A DNA stretch of 64,000 nt from positions 96,001 to 160,000 of the IMG/VR virus record IMGVR_UViG_3300045988_085380; one strand, 5' to 3'. Source of the stretch: a virus. The notes under the pieces are model-generated. The model was not told where the DNA came from. It did not search any database and saw only the letters and a list, made by a program, of their open reading frames with translations. The translations under genes and the position numbers were made by a program. The stretch's first letter is position 1. Each line of letters opens with the position of its first letter. Below, in pieces: positions 9,543 through 17,948 of this stretch.

Positions 9543-9577
9543 AAGAGGGATTTCCACTTGGATTTCCCTCTTTTTAT
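9543..9577 (+). terminator. intrinsic terminator
   Basis: AAGAGGGA...TCCCTCTT stem followed by TTTATT. Confidence 0.7.
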
Positions 9578-9615
9578 TATTAATTTTATTTTTAACTCTT
9601 TAACACATTACCATT

Positions 9616-9939
9616 ATGATTCCAAACATTATTAAGACCATTATTAAGGATATTCCTTCAGTTGCTAACTCTTCTATTCGTCTTATAAACGAAAACAGAG
9701 ATAGAGGTCAATTCACCTTTGTAACTACTGATGCAAAGGCAGTTTCTATTGTGCTAACTAATGTACCAAAAGGTGCTCCGAAATCTATCTCTGCTCATAA
9801 AAAGCAGATGATTGCAGATTTCCTCTATTTAGTTGCTGTTGAGAGCGACCATATGTGTACCTCAGAAGGCAAAAAGTACACTCTTGCGGATATAGCAAAA
9901 GAGATTGACCTTATCATCTCACAAGATGTTGTCTTGTAG
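9616..9939 (+). CDS. hypothetical protein (TAG-terminated; 14 further sense codons before an in-frame TAA)
   Basis: ORF preceded by AACACATTACCA. Confidence 0.55.
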   Translation: MIPNIIKTIIKDIPSVANSSIRLINENRDRGQFTFVTTDAKAVSIVLTNVPKGAPKSISAHKKQMIADFLYLVAVESDHMCTSEGKKYTLADIAKEIDLIISQDVVL

Positions 9940-10041
9940 GATATGGAAGAAAATGGTGAATATCTCATTATTGAGGATTAATTCTCACGACCCAAGCAAG
10001 TCGTTAAACTGCTTATTAACAATATTAAATACAATAGAATT

Positions 10042-10563
10042 ATGATTACATTACATTTCACAGTTTCTAACTATTCAGAAGATTTTATCGAGTTGTCTTT
10101 GTGTGCTGAGGATAAAGTGCTGACTTCTCAGCAGGTCTCTAAGTACACTTGGGAAGAGAACGATAACGGTCTCCAAGATTATTGGAAGTTCAAGCTAATT
10201 ACTGAAGTCCGAAAGGACATTGAGAGTTGGCAACCAAAATATGAACTTCCTAAAGACATCTATGACGCTTGGTACAAGTGGTACTATTACGTAGACGGTG
10301 AAGACGCTTCAGAATTTATCCGTGAGATAGGATGCTCTCAGCATACACTCCATTTTCAGTCTAACTATGCCATTATATTAGGTTGGAAATACTTCAAGAA
10401 GTTGAAAGCTGCAAAGTTCAAAACTAGTACAGCTGCGATACTGGCTTATGCTCGTGGTTATCTTGGAGGAATGGATGCTAACAACCGATATGAACAAGAG
10501 GGTACAGAGGCTCTCGGCATACTCGGATTGCAGACTCTGCCTGACACAAACTTAGTTGACTAA
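10042..10563 (+). CDS. hypothetical protein
   Basis: Intact 173-aa ORF. Confidence 0.6.
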   Translation: MITLHFTVSNYSEDFIELSLCAEDKVLTSQQVSKYTWEENDNGLQDYWKFKLITEVRKDIESWQPKYELPKDIYDAWYKWYYYVDGEDASEFIREIGCSQHTLHFQSNYAIILGWKYFKKLKAAKFKTSTAAILAYARGYLGGMDANNRYEQEGTEALGILGLQTLPDTNLVD

Positions 10564-10642
10564 TATTATGACAGAAGAAGAGAAAGAGGACTATTTCTAT
10601 GAATACATAGATGCATTTGTAGAGGCTTTATATAATAACTCA

Positions 10643-10667
10643 GGAGAGCATTAATTTGCTCTCCTTT
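10643..10667 (+). terminator. intrinsic terminator
   Basis: GGAGAGCA-ttaatt-TGCTCTCC followed by TTT. Confidence 0.6.
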
Positions 10668-10682
10668 AAATATAAATAGAAT

Positions 10683-10868
10683 ATGAAAAAGGAAAACATT
10701 TTAAAATTGTTAGAAATTATCTATGATGAGACTAACAACTGCATAACTAAAAGCCGGACTAATAACTACTGGTGCACAGTTAATGAGATAAGTGAAGAAG
10801 ATTTTCAAAAGGTAAAGAGTTTCTATATTGATTTTGTTAATGAGACTCTTCCAAGATTACTAAAATAA
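10683..10868 (+). CDS. hypothetical protein
   Basis: Intact 61-aa ORF followed by a strong terminator. Confidence 0.5.
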   Translation: MKKENILKLLEIIYDETNNCITKSRTNNYWCTVNEISEEDFQKVKSFYIDFVNETLPRLLK

Positions 10869-10870
10869 GA

Positions 10871-10917
10871 AAGGCTAACCTGGGGAAATAACTTCCTTGG
10901 GTTAGCCCTTATTTTTT
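10871..10917 (+). terminator. intrinsic terminator
   Basis: AAGGCTAACC...GGTTAGCCCTT stem followed by ATTTTTT. Confidence 0.75.
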
Positions 10918-10923
10918 AATTAG

Positions 10924-10995
10924 CTTTTCTCCCCAAAATCTTCCCTAACTTCTCCCTCAACTCTTCTCTCTTTATTTTCCTCTCCAATAAAAATA
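10924..10995 (+). other. 72-nt G-free, C/T-rich tract
   Basis: CTTTTCTCCCCAAAATCTTCCCTAACTTCTCCCTCAACTCTTCTCTCTTTATTTTCCTCTCC...; no G between 10924 and 10995. Confidence 0.8.
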
Positions 10996-11001
10996 GCCAT
11001 A

Positions 11002-11036
11002 AATAGGTAGAAAATAGCCGTGTATAAGCACCTATT
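11002..11036 (+). promoter_or_regulatory. hairpin with CGTGTATAAGC-containing loop upstream of 11133
   Basis: AATAGGT / ACCTATT stem; the loop resembles the GTGWATAA loops elsewhere in the window. Confidence 0.35.
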
Positions 11037-11132
11037 GTAACTTAGCAACAAGTATAAGTGTTGTGGTAGCAAATCTTGCATACTTAATGTATAGCAAGAG
11101 ACTACATAATTAAATAATAGGAGAATTAAACA

Positions 11133-11699
11133 ATGACAGTTATTGAAAGAATCAATGCAAACAAAGCTGACGGTGCAATTAAGATGGGTCTTAGTGTATT
11201 CACATCGGGGATGAAACCAGTCTTTGACGGTGGAGCAGCTCTCAATGAGGGTGACATCTTGATCTTCCCAACACTTGAGGAGATGAAGGAGCGTATTGGC
11301 TCACGTACATTCAATGGTAATGACTATGAGTTCATGGTCATTGATGTTGAAGCACCTGATGGAACTAAGCGTGCGATTAACTGGTTCCCAACTACTTTCC
11401 AGAATCCATTGTTCGTATGGGCTGAGGATAGTGCCGGTAAACCATATCGTACATCAGACGTACTCTATCCAGAAGGTACAGCTGTCGCTGAGTTCTTGAA
11501 GGTACGTGGTCAGTCTGACCTTGATGTTAATGGTAACATCATCAAGAGCGATACTCAGAAGGGTGTTGAACTCTTGGCTGGCAAGAAAGTCAAGGTAAGC
11601 TCTAAGGCGCTCTACAAGACTACTGGTTTCAAGGATGGTGTACAGGACACCTCAAAACTCATTGACAAGGCACTCTTCAAGTATGATTTGGTAGCCTAA
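11133..11699 (+). CDS. hypothetical protein (higher GC, probably abundant)
   Basis: Intact 188-aa ORF; the two overlapping ORFs (11126..11314, 11296..11499) are judged spurious. Confidence 0.65.
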   Translation: MTVIERINANKADGAIKMGLSVFTSGMKPVFDGGAALNEGDILIFPTLEEMKERIGSRTFNGNDYEFMVIDVEAPDGTKRAINWFPTTFQNPLFVWAEDSAGKPYRTSDVLYPEGTAVAEFLKVRGQSDLDVNGNIIKSDTQKGVELLAGKKVKVSSKALYKTTGFKDGVQDTSKLIDKALFKYDLVA

Positions 11700-11709
11700 G
11701 TGAACTAAG

Positions 11710-11943
11710 ATGGCAATCTACAAAGGTCGCCATCTTAATCCTCTATCTCGGAAACTAATAACTGTAAAAGCCCATAAAAAGGCTTCAAGGTTATTAGTTT
11801 CTGAGTATAAGTATTATAAAGTTCGAGAAGACATCACCAAATATCCAGCTTGTGATTGTTGGTGGCAACTAGAACTCTTAGAAGTACTTAGAAACGGAGA
11901 ACGCCGATACTCAGTTAGACAGTGTTATTTATGCAAAACATAA
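11710..11943 (+). CDS. hypothetical basic Cys-containing protein
   Basis: Intact 77-aa ORF. Confidence 0.45.
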   Translation: MAIYKGRHLNPLSRKLITVKAHKKASRLLVSEYKYYKVREDITKYPACDCWWQLELLEVLRNGERRYSVRQCYLCKT

Positions 11944-12446
11944 GCGGATAACACAATCGAGACGGAGACAAGGTGGCGCTGGCATGGGAGAGTGGTTTTT
12001 ACTACTTTCCCATTACAAGTCAATTTTCAAACATTGGTGGCATAAGTAACTCACACTTTAATGTTTTCTTGAGATATAAACTATAGTCATAATTAAATCA
12101 GAATTAAAAACCTTTTAGTGTATAGGTTAACTAATAATATGATGTAACTTCAAAATTAAAAAACCACCTTAGTATATAGCTAAATAGTAGAACGGGTGTT
12201 TATCCTTTTATAGGTTTGTACTAGGCAGTATTTAGCGCGTCGTAACACATTGAAAGTATTACTGGTAGAACTAAAGTATTAAAAAGACTTTAGAAGTAAG
12301 AAAGCGTAAAGACAGTTAGTAGAGGGGATAGTAAGTGTTGAAGAACTCTACATTATTTATTAAGCAATAACCTCGGTGCTTAAAGAGAGGCTTCCCTTAA
12401 ACAAGGAGTAAGAGAAATTGTTTAGTCAGCCAGGAGACGTTAAAAT

Positions 12447-12507
12447 TCATACTGATGAGACTGGACGAAATACCTAGTAACAGTTGTACGTTATTAGGTA
12501 TCTATGA
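12447..12507 (+). ncRNA. hammerhead-like core (type I topology) with defective stem II
   Basis: TCATA-CTGATGA-GACTGGAC-GAAA-TACCTA...TAGGTA-TC-TATGA. Stems I and III pair; stem II cannot form. Confidence 0.2.
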
Positions 12508-12517
12508 GTATAAATTT

Positions 12518-12529
12518 AACACATTAACA
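12518..12529 (+). promoter_or_regulatory. AACACATTAACA leader motif
   Basis: Exact 12-mer 2 nt before the ATG at 12532. Confidence 0.5.
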
Positions 12530-12531
12530 AT

Positions 12532-12822
12532 ATGAAAAAGAATATTATTGACACTTTGATTCCAGCAGTATCATTAGAAGTAATAAGATTTAATGCTTCG
12601 GAAATTTTGAATGACAAAGAGCCTGCTCTTCGTGCTTTAATGACAGATAAGTCTGTTATAGTAAATTCACAAACTGAAGCCTTTGAAATAGCTGAAAAGG
12701 CTGTTTTAGCAGGTATCGTTGTAACTTCAATAGAAACTTTGTTACAAGATGGTTACACAACTATTGGTGACGTAGCAGTAGATGTATCACTTCCTGCTCA
12801 GTATGTAGTAAAATGTGAGTAA
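12532..12822 (+). CDS. hypothetical protein
   Basis: Intact 96-aa ORF. Confidence 0.6.
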   Translation: MKKNIIDTLIPAVSLEVIRFNASEILNDKEPALRALMTDKSVIVNSQTEAFEIAEKAVLAGIVVTSIETLLQDGYTTIGDVAVDVSLPAQYVVKCE

Positions 12823-12833
12823 TTAAAAACACC

Positions 12834-12856
12834 TAAGCATGTGTATAAACTGCTTA
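12834..12856 (+). promoter_or_regulatory. hairpin TAAGCA-tgtgtataaac-TGCTTA (TAAACTGCT motif)
   Basis: Related to the hairpin at 13405-13425 and the motif at 10005-10013. Confidence 0.4.
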
Positions 12857-12892
12857 ATTAACTAAAATAATAACTCTTTAACAAAATAGATT

Positions 12893-13114
12893 ATGAAGAT
12901 AGAAATTAACTTAAAAGGCAACAAAGCAGTTGTCAAAGAGAGTAACAACTTAGTTGATGCTCTTGAAGAATTTGATGCAAAAGAAATTGAGTCAGTAGTT
13001 TATACTGAAGGTGATATTACAACTTTTGCTAAACCAGTAAAAGAGTTTAGAGGTTATACTCTGAAAACTACTGGTAAGTATAATAACAAAACAGGAGAAT
13101 TTGAGTATGTCTAG
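12893..13114 (+). CDS. hypothetical protein
   Basis: Intact 73-aa ORF. Confidence 0.55.
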   Translation: MKIEINLKGNKAVVKESNNLVDALEEFDAKEIESVVYTEGDITTFAKPVKEFRGYTLKTTGKYNNKTGEFEYV

Positions 13115-13370
13115 AAAAAAGAATAAGTTACAAGGGTATGACACATTAGTGTCTACCTTTGTGCTCTTATCTAAAGAGTCTAAGGAAGAAGTATTAGACA
13201 AATTAGATAAGATGGATAAAGTCCAAGTGAAGTCTACTCATTATTACAAAGGACAATTAGTTCTTGATATTGAGTATGATGCTTATTGGGCTTCTTGTTG
13301 GTTTGACACTTCTGCAGGTATCAGAGAACACACTGGTAAATATCCAAAACGAATTTATGTAAGTAAGTAA
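13101..13370 (+). CDS. hypothetical protein
   Basis: Intact 89-aa ORF; 14-nt overlap with the upstream gene. Confidence 0.55.
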   Translation: MSMSRKKNKLQGYDTLVSTFVLLSKESKEEVLDKLDKMDKVQVKSTHYYKGQLVLDIEYDAYWASCWFDTSAGIREHTGKYPKRIYVSK

Positions 13371-13404
13371 TTCATATTCGCACATAGTTTTAAGACAAGC
13401 TCCT

Positions 13405-13425
13405 GAGCATGAGTTTAAACTGCTC
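13405..13425 (+). promoter_or_regulatory. hairpin GAGCA-tgagtttaaac-TGCTC (TAAACTGCT motif)
   Basis: Covarying stem relative to 12834-12856. Confidence 0.4.
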
Positions 13426-13431
13426 AATTTT

Positions 13432-13692
13432 ATGTATAATATTATTAACAATATCAAAAATAAATTCTATTACAAAACATTCTCTAACCAGGACATAGAA
13501 AGCTATTTAACAAAAACTGGCTGGGATTATGAAAAGGCTAAAGCTTTTGCTAAAAGATTTACTAGGTATCTTTGTCCTAAGTTTAAAAGTAACGGAGATA
13601 TAACAGAATATTATATTCCTAAAGAAGGTTTTAGTAGAAAAAACATTGATAAATTTATAGCTCACTTAGATAAAGTAGCTATTTTCTATTAG
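13432..13692 (+). CDS. hypothetical protein (TAG-terminated)
   Basis: Intact 86-aa ORF. Confidence 0.55.
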   Translation: MYNIINNIKNKFYYKTFSNQDIESYLTKTGWDYEKAKAFAKRFTRYLCPKFKSNGDITEYYIPKEGFSRKNIDKFIAHLDKVAIFY

Positions 13693-13846
13693 TTTTATTA
13701 ATAATTTAAATGGCAATAAGGAATAGAGTTGTAAAATAAATATGGTTGTAGTATCACCCGATGTGGCAACTAGTAGTATTATGCAATAAAATACTAATTA
13801 AGGTAGTGGGTTATCAGCTCTATCCCAATTACACACTTAACAGAAA

Positions 13847-14146
13847 ATGATTACAGGAAGTTCAACTCTTATTCAGGTATTCCAGTTGTATCAGAATAAG
13901 ATAAAAGAAAAAGAACATAGAAACTGGAAATTCAATGCTGCTAAATATCGTAATATAGCAATAGCTAATAGAAAGGCTCATAATTATGCAGTGAATCAAC
14001 TTATTAAAGAATCCGGATTAGAGTATACTCCTGAGATATTTAAGTTGATGTCTCTCGTAATTAATGAGAAGTTCTCAATTAGAAAGATGTCTATTGTTAA
14101 AGTAGATATTGCTCTATTTAAATTAGCTAATAATGCATTAATTTAA
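13847..14146 (+). CDS. hypothetical protein
   Basis: Intact 99-aa ORF. Confidence 0.5.
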   Translation: MITGSSTLIQVFQLYQNKIKEKEHRNWKFNAAKYRNIAIANRKAHNYAVNQLIKESGLEYTPEIFKLMSLVINEKFSIRKMSIVKVDIALFKLANNALI

Positions 14147-14167
14147 CAGTTAGTAATAAAATAATTA

Positions 14168-14179
14168 AACACATTAACA
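14168..14179 (+). promoter_or_regulatory. AACACATTAACA leader motif
   Basis: Exact 12-mer 1 nt before the ATG at 14181. Confidence 0.5.
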
Positions 14180-14180
14180 A

Positions 14181-14390
14181 ATGAAAAAATTTTATTTTTA
14201 CTTTACAGTATTCTATATCATTATTTATATATGTGGTATAGATTACATTGCCCATATGTCACTCTTTGTGGCACTCTTCATGGGCTTCGGGGCATTTGCT
14301 CTCTGTGTTCTTTGTTCTACCTTTATGAACGAAGAGCTATTTAAAGAGTATACAGGTTGGAATTGGCTTAATAAATGGGCTAATTCCTAG
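14181..14390 (+). CDS. small membrane protein (TAG-terminated)
   Basis: Two hydrophobic helices. Confidence 0.5.
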   Translation: MKKFYFYFTVFYIIIYICGIDYIAHMSLFVALFMGFGAFALCVLCSTFMNEELFKEYTGWNWLNKWANS

Positions 14391-14544
14391 TTATTAACAA
14401 TATAAATAGTAATAAAATGAAACAATTTAAGAAAAGTCGTGAGCCTACTAGTTTTGATAATGTAAGGAATTTGCCATAAATAAGTTAAAGGCATTCAATA
14501 TGATTTAGTCTAATTAAGAGTAATTAGATTGTATTTAGGTATCA

Positions 14545-14596
14545 ATTCACAATTATAGTAAAGACAGACATAGTGTCTGTTTATAGATTCACAATT
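14545..14596 (+). promoter_or_regulatory. two ATTCACAATT boxes flanking a hairpin upstream of 14614
   Basis: Boxes at 14545-14554 and 14587-14596, with the hairpin ACAGAC-atagt-GTCTGT between them. Confidence 0.45.
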
Positions 14597-14613
14597 TTTT
14601 AGATTACAACAAA

Positions 14614-15126
14614 ATGAAAAATGGAATTTTTTCTTGGACATCTGAAGGTGTCAAAGTAACTACCGAAACAGAGGTAGCTAACGGAGTGCAAAGAACTGAA
14701 ATCATCTTGAACTCAAATGGTGATTACAAGCCACATGAGTTTGATGATGTCGAGTTGTTACACTTATTCAAAGACGACATTATCTATGCGCTTAAAGAAC
14801 GTATAGATAAGTGCGAGCATGAACTCGTTAACGCTAAAGAGCGTGGCGAGCGTAAAGTAGACTCTTGGGACTATCGCACCAAGGGAGATTGTGATGATAC
14901 CTTTGAGCTCAAGTCACATCAGGCTATGCTTGATGCTATTAAGTTGGCAGAAGAGGAGAAGTTTGATGAGTTTACAGCTCATATGTGGTGCCAGTTGGAG
15001 AAAGCACTGGCTAATGTTCCTAAGAAGTGGCATCGTAAGCCATACACATTTGGTACGTTGTTTGGCTTTGTAATGGAGAAGGCACAGTATGCTATGCATC
15101 TCCTTTATAATGAGAAAAAGAAGTAA
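14614..15126 (+). CDS. hypothetical protein
   Basis: Intact 170-aa ORF with higher GC. Confidence 0.6.
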   Translation: MKNGIFSWTSEGVKVTTETEVANGVQRTEIILNSNGDYKPHEFDDVELLHLFKDDIIYALKERIDKCEHELVNAKERGERKVDSWDYRTKGDCDDTFELKSHQAMLDAIKLAEEEKFDEFTAHMWCQLEKALANVPKKWHRKPYTFGTLFGFVMEKAQYAMHLLYNEKKK

Positions 15127-15249
15127 TTTTTTCTGTTAAGTTCCATAATCAAGAGACCTAATTAGACTTTAATTATTTTATATAGTTATTGTTTAGTTAG
15201 GTCTTTACTATTTAGTAAGATTGTGGGATTCTCTAATTATGGAACAATT

Positions 15250-15453
15250 ATGACAACGGAAGAAGCAGAAAAGATTGCAGAGCAAGTAGAAACTATGTTA
15301 ATGGGTGTAGATATTAAGCCAGATACAATGACTATTGAACCTAGCATTACAGTTTCTATTCAGTATGATGAAAAGGGAGTAAATCGATACATAATATCTG
15401 ATTTACAAGGTACATGCGCAGTAAATGGACGTTCCCTGAAATGCCCTAAATAA
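15250..15453 (+). CDS. hypothetical protein
   Basis: ATG 15250 preferred over the GTG at 15223. Confidence 0.45.
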   Translation: MTTEEAEKIAEQVETMLMGVDIKPDTMTIEPSITVSIQYDEKGVNRYIISDLQGTCAVNGRSLKCPK

Positions 15454-15538
15454 CAGAAATACGAATAAAGATAAAATAGGACTCTAGTACTATAGAGTAT
15501 AATAAATAGTTGGCATCTTGGAAAGAAAATTGGTTAAT

Positions 15539-15564
15539 CATAAGACAAGACTTATGTATTTTTT
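15539..15564 (+). terminator. intrinsic terminator
   Basis: CATAAG-acaaga-CTTATG followed by TATTTTTT. Confidence 0.6.
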
Positions 15565-15590
15565 AGATAATTAATTAAATAGATAAGATT

Positions 15591-15989
15591 ATGGATTTTA
15601 CAAAGAAAGTAAACGATTTTGGTTTGTTCGGTAACGTATTGGTAGTTAACAATAACGTTATAGAGGATGTCGGTGTTATTAAGACTGACGAAGATAAGAA
15701 AGTTCTTGCGGCAGCTGCTCACATTACTAGTAAAGCTATTAGTAATCAAGTTAAAAAGGGAGAACTTAATCCTATTGAAGGATTAATTGCAGGTATTGAA
15801 GCTACAGATTCAACAAGAATCACTCTTGTCACTCCTGATATTAAGGACATTAAGCTCTTCACTGAAGCAGTAATTAAGACTGCTGAAGATGGCAATATGT
15901 GTCATATGAAAGACTATGTACATGAGACCGGTAACAATATTCCTCAAGACATCTGGGATTATATCTACAAGTTAACTAACGACAAATAA
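15591..15989 (+). CDS. hypothetical protein
   Basis: Intact 132-aa ORF. Confidence 0.6.
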   Translation: MDFTKKVNDFGLFGNVLVVNNNVIEDVGVIKTDEDKKVLAAAAHITSKAISNQVKKGELNPIEGLIAGIEATDSTRITLVTPDIKDIKLFTEAVIKTAEDGNMCHMKDYVHETGNNIPQDIWDYIYKLTNDK

Positions 15990-16145
15990 TTATGACACTA
16001 TTAAATATAATTTGTGGAGCAATTCCTATTATTATTATTTTAGTATTAAAAAGTAAAGAATAATGGAGTTTCTTAGAATTGTTTGGGCTATAGTATTTGG
16101 ATTAATATTTGTAGCTATTGTAGGTTCCGAAATGACTAAGTAATA

Positions 16146-16475
16146 ATGATTATCGATAAAGATAATTTCGAATTACTAATTGAAGCTTTAGATTTCTGGG
16201 TTAAGGATAGTGTCCTTCCAGTAATTCCTAAGAATAGAATAAGTGTTAGAAAAACCAATACTTGGTCTACTAACTATTTATGCTGTACTAAGGAATGGAA
16301 GAAGAGATACAAAACTAACCCAGCTAAAGCTTTGTGCGAGTTAGTAATAGACCATTATAAATATATTTATATTAGAAACTATCCAATTATTGAGTTAGTT
16401 AATAATTATAAATATCTTTACTATTGGTTAATAGGAAATGAGTATAAACAAAATAGAGAAACACCTCTATTGTAG
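16146..16475 (+). CDS. hypothetical protein (ends TAG-TAA)
   Basis: Intact 109-aa ORF. Confidence 0.55.
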   Translation: MIIDKDNFELLIEALDFWVKDSVLPVIPKNRISVRKTNTWSTNYLCCTKEWKKRYKTNPAKALCELVIDHYKYIYIRNYPIIELVNNYKYLYYWLIGNEYKQNRETPLL

Positions 16476-16489
16476 TAATTAATTAAATT

Positions 16490-16942
16490 ATGGTAATAAC
16501 AGGAATAGTATTAGTAGCACTAATTATATTTATTATAGTTGGAGTTACTGCGAAGAAAAATCAAGAGAAAAAGAATGAGATTAATAGATTAGAACATCAA
16601 ATTTGTCAATTAAATAAGTTTAAAGGTGAATTGATGTCTCATCACACTCTTGAAGACACTTTTAAAATCCATAAACAGTTAGGAGAAATGCATTTGGCAT
16701 GGAGTATTGCAATATGCCCTGATAAGTATGGTATGTTCAGAACTTCTAACATTGCAACTATGTCTATGGATGAAGTATTTCTTGGTGATATTTATGGTTT
16801 ATGGACTCATTCTCTTACTTACTGGTTATCTAGTAAGAATGATGAAGCAGTTTCTATAGTTACCAATCAATATTATCAACAAGTGCTCAGTGGTATTAAA
16901 GCCGAGATAGAAGAATTAAAGAAGAAAATTAGTTCTCTATAA
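16490..16942 (+). CDS. hypothetical protein with N-terminal TM anchor
   Basis: N-terminus MVITGIVLVALIIFIIVGV. Confidence 0.55.
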   Translation: MVITGIVLVALIIFIIVGVTAKKNQEKKNEINRLEHQICQLNKFKGELMSHHTLEDTFKIHKQLGEMHLAWSIAICPDKYGMFRTSNIATMSMDEVFLGDIYGLWTHSLTYWLSSKNDEAVSIVTNQYYQQVLSGIKAEIEELKKKISSL

Positions 16943-17082
16943 TCATTCTATGCCTATAAAAGAATTGGTAAGTTTTTAAGTGTTGATTACAAAATTAACA
17001 TTTATTAACTACCAATTCTAAATAACTGCTTATATAGTTAGTTCACTTGGCAAGGTTAATGAAAAAAGGCTAATTATTAGCA

Positions 17083-17156
17083 GCTTCCATAGCTCAACTG
17101 AATAGAGCAACAGCCTTCTAAGCTGTGGGTTTCCAGTTTGAATCTGGATGGAAGCA
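17083..17156 (+). tRNA. tRNA-Arg(UCU)
   Basis: GCTTCCA-TA-GCTC-AACTGAATA-GAGC-A-ACAGC-CTTCTAA-GCTGT-GGGTT-TCCAG-TTTGAAT-CTGGA-TGGAAGC-A. Confidence 0.9.
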
Positions 17157-17238
17157 CAACTACAAGTTACAACAAGGATATTTAAAATATTTTCAAGTTG
17201 TAATAATTGTGAATTAAAATAGGTCGACAAAATATAAT

Positions 17239-17269
17239 TCTACAATGGTTTGTGATAAATAGTTGTAAG
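17239..17269 (+). promoter_or_regulatory. conserved-loop hairpin (loop TGGTTTGTGATAAATAG)
   Basis: CTACAA / TTGTAAG imperfect stem; no tRNA follows this copy. Confidence 0.45.
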
Positions 17270-17871
17270 TTTCTTCAAAGATAAGTTTAGTGGATAACTA
17301 GAGTATTATTTAGGATGTACTATTTAATATATCTAGCACTCAAAGTCCACTAAACTTTCTTACTTAAATTGATATTTATGTTAGTTATATTGATACTCTC
17401 CTCTTAGAGGAAGTATAGGACATTATCTATCTAATCTATCAGCTGTGAAGAGTTGATTGGAAGAGAAGTTTAGTTTCAAAATATTGCGCAACTCCCATTA
17501 AATGGGATTAATATGAAACAATTACTAGTTAAGATAGCTAATTAATTAGTAAGCTGTAATCAATATAACCTTTTAAATATAGTGATAGAAGCAGGGGTTC
17601 GAATCCTTTAATTTTTGTAATTAGTTAGCTATCTAATTATGGAGATTTCGTCTAAATTTGGGAAGCAACGGGAGAAAAATGATTCTCTTAGTGCCTCACG
17701 TATGTAGAGTTTCTACAATCACCAGCCATGATGTGAGAGGACGCTATCACTTTAATTTGAATTTATTGTATTTAATCATATTTTGTTAGTGTGTTATGCC
17801 TATTTGGGCAAAGTTCTTACCACTATTCTACTTATAGAAATGTGGTGTGTCTAAGTAAATCTTAGACATAT

Positions 17872-17944
17872 GGAGATATAGCTTAGAAGGTCAGAGCGCG
17901 GGACTGAAAATCCCGAGATTGTGGTTCAATTCCACGTATCTCCA
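17872..17944 (+). tRNA. tRNA-Phe(GAA)
   Basis: GGAGATA...CGGGA-CTGAAAA-TCCCG...TGTGG-TTCAATT-CCACG-TATCTCC-A. Confidence 0.9.
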
Positions 17945-17948
17945 CTAT

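Noticed and set aside
9022-11943. Higher-GC block (9-12 kb, also 14614..15126) as a horizontally acquired island
   Set aside because: Similar GC elevation is seen in other conserved genes (terD copies, 44771, 53996, 58499). There are no flanking repeats or integrase, so gene-specific composition is the more likely explanation.
17588-17628. T-arm-like AGGGG-TTCGAAT-CCTTT as an additional tRNA gene
   Set aside because: No acceptor stem, D-arm or anticodon arm could be paired with it, even allowing G.U pairs and an intron. It is kept only as part of the structured-interval finding.
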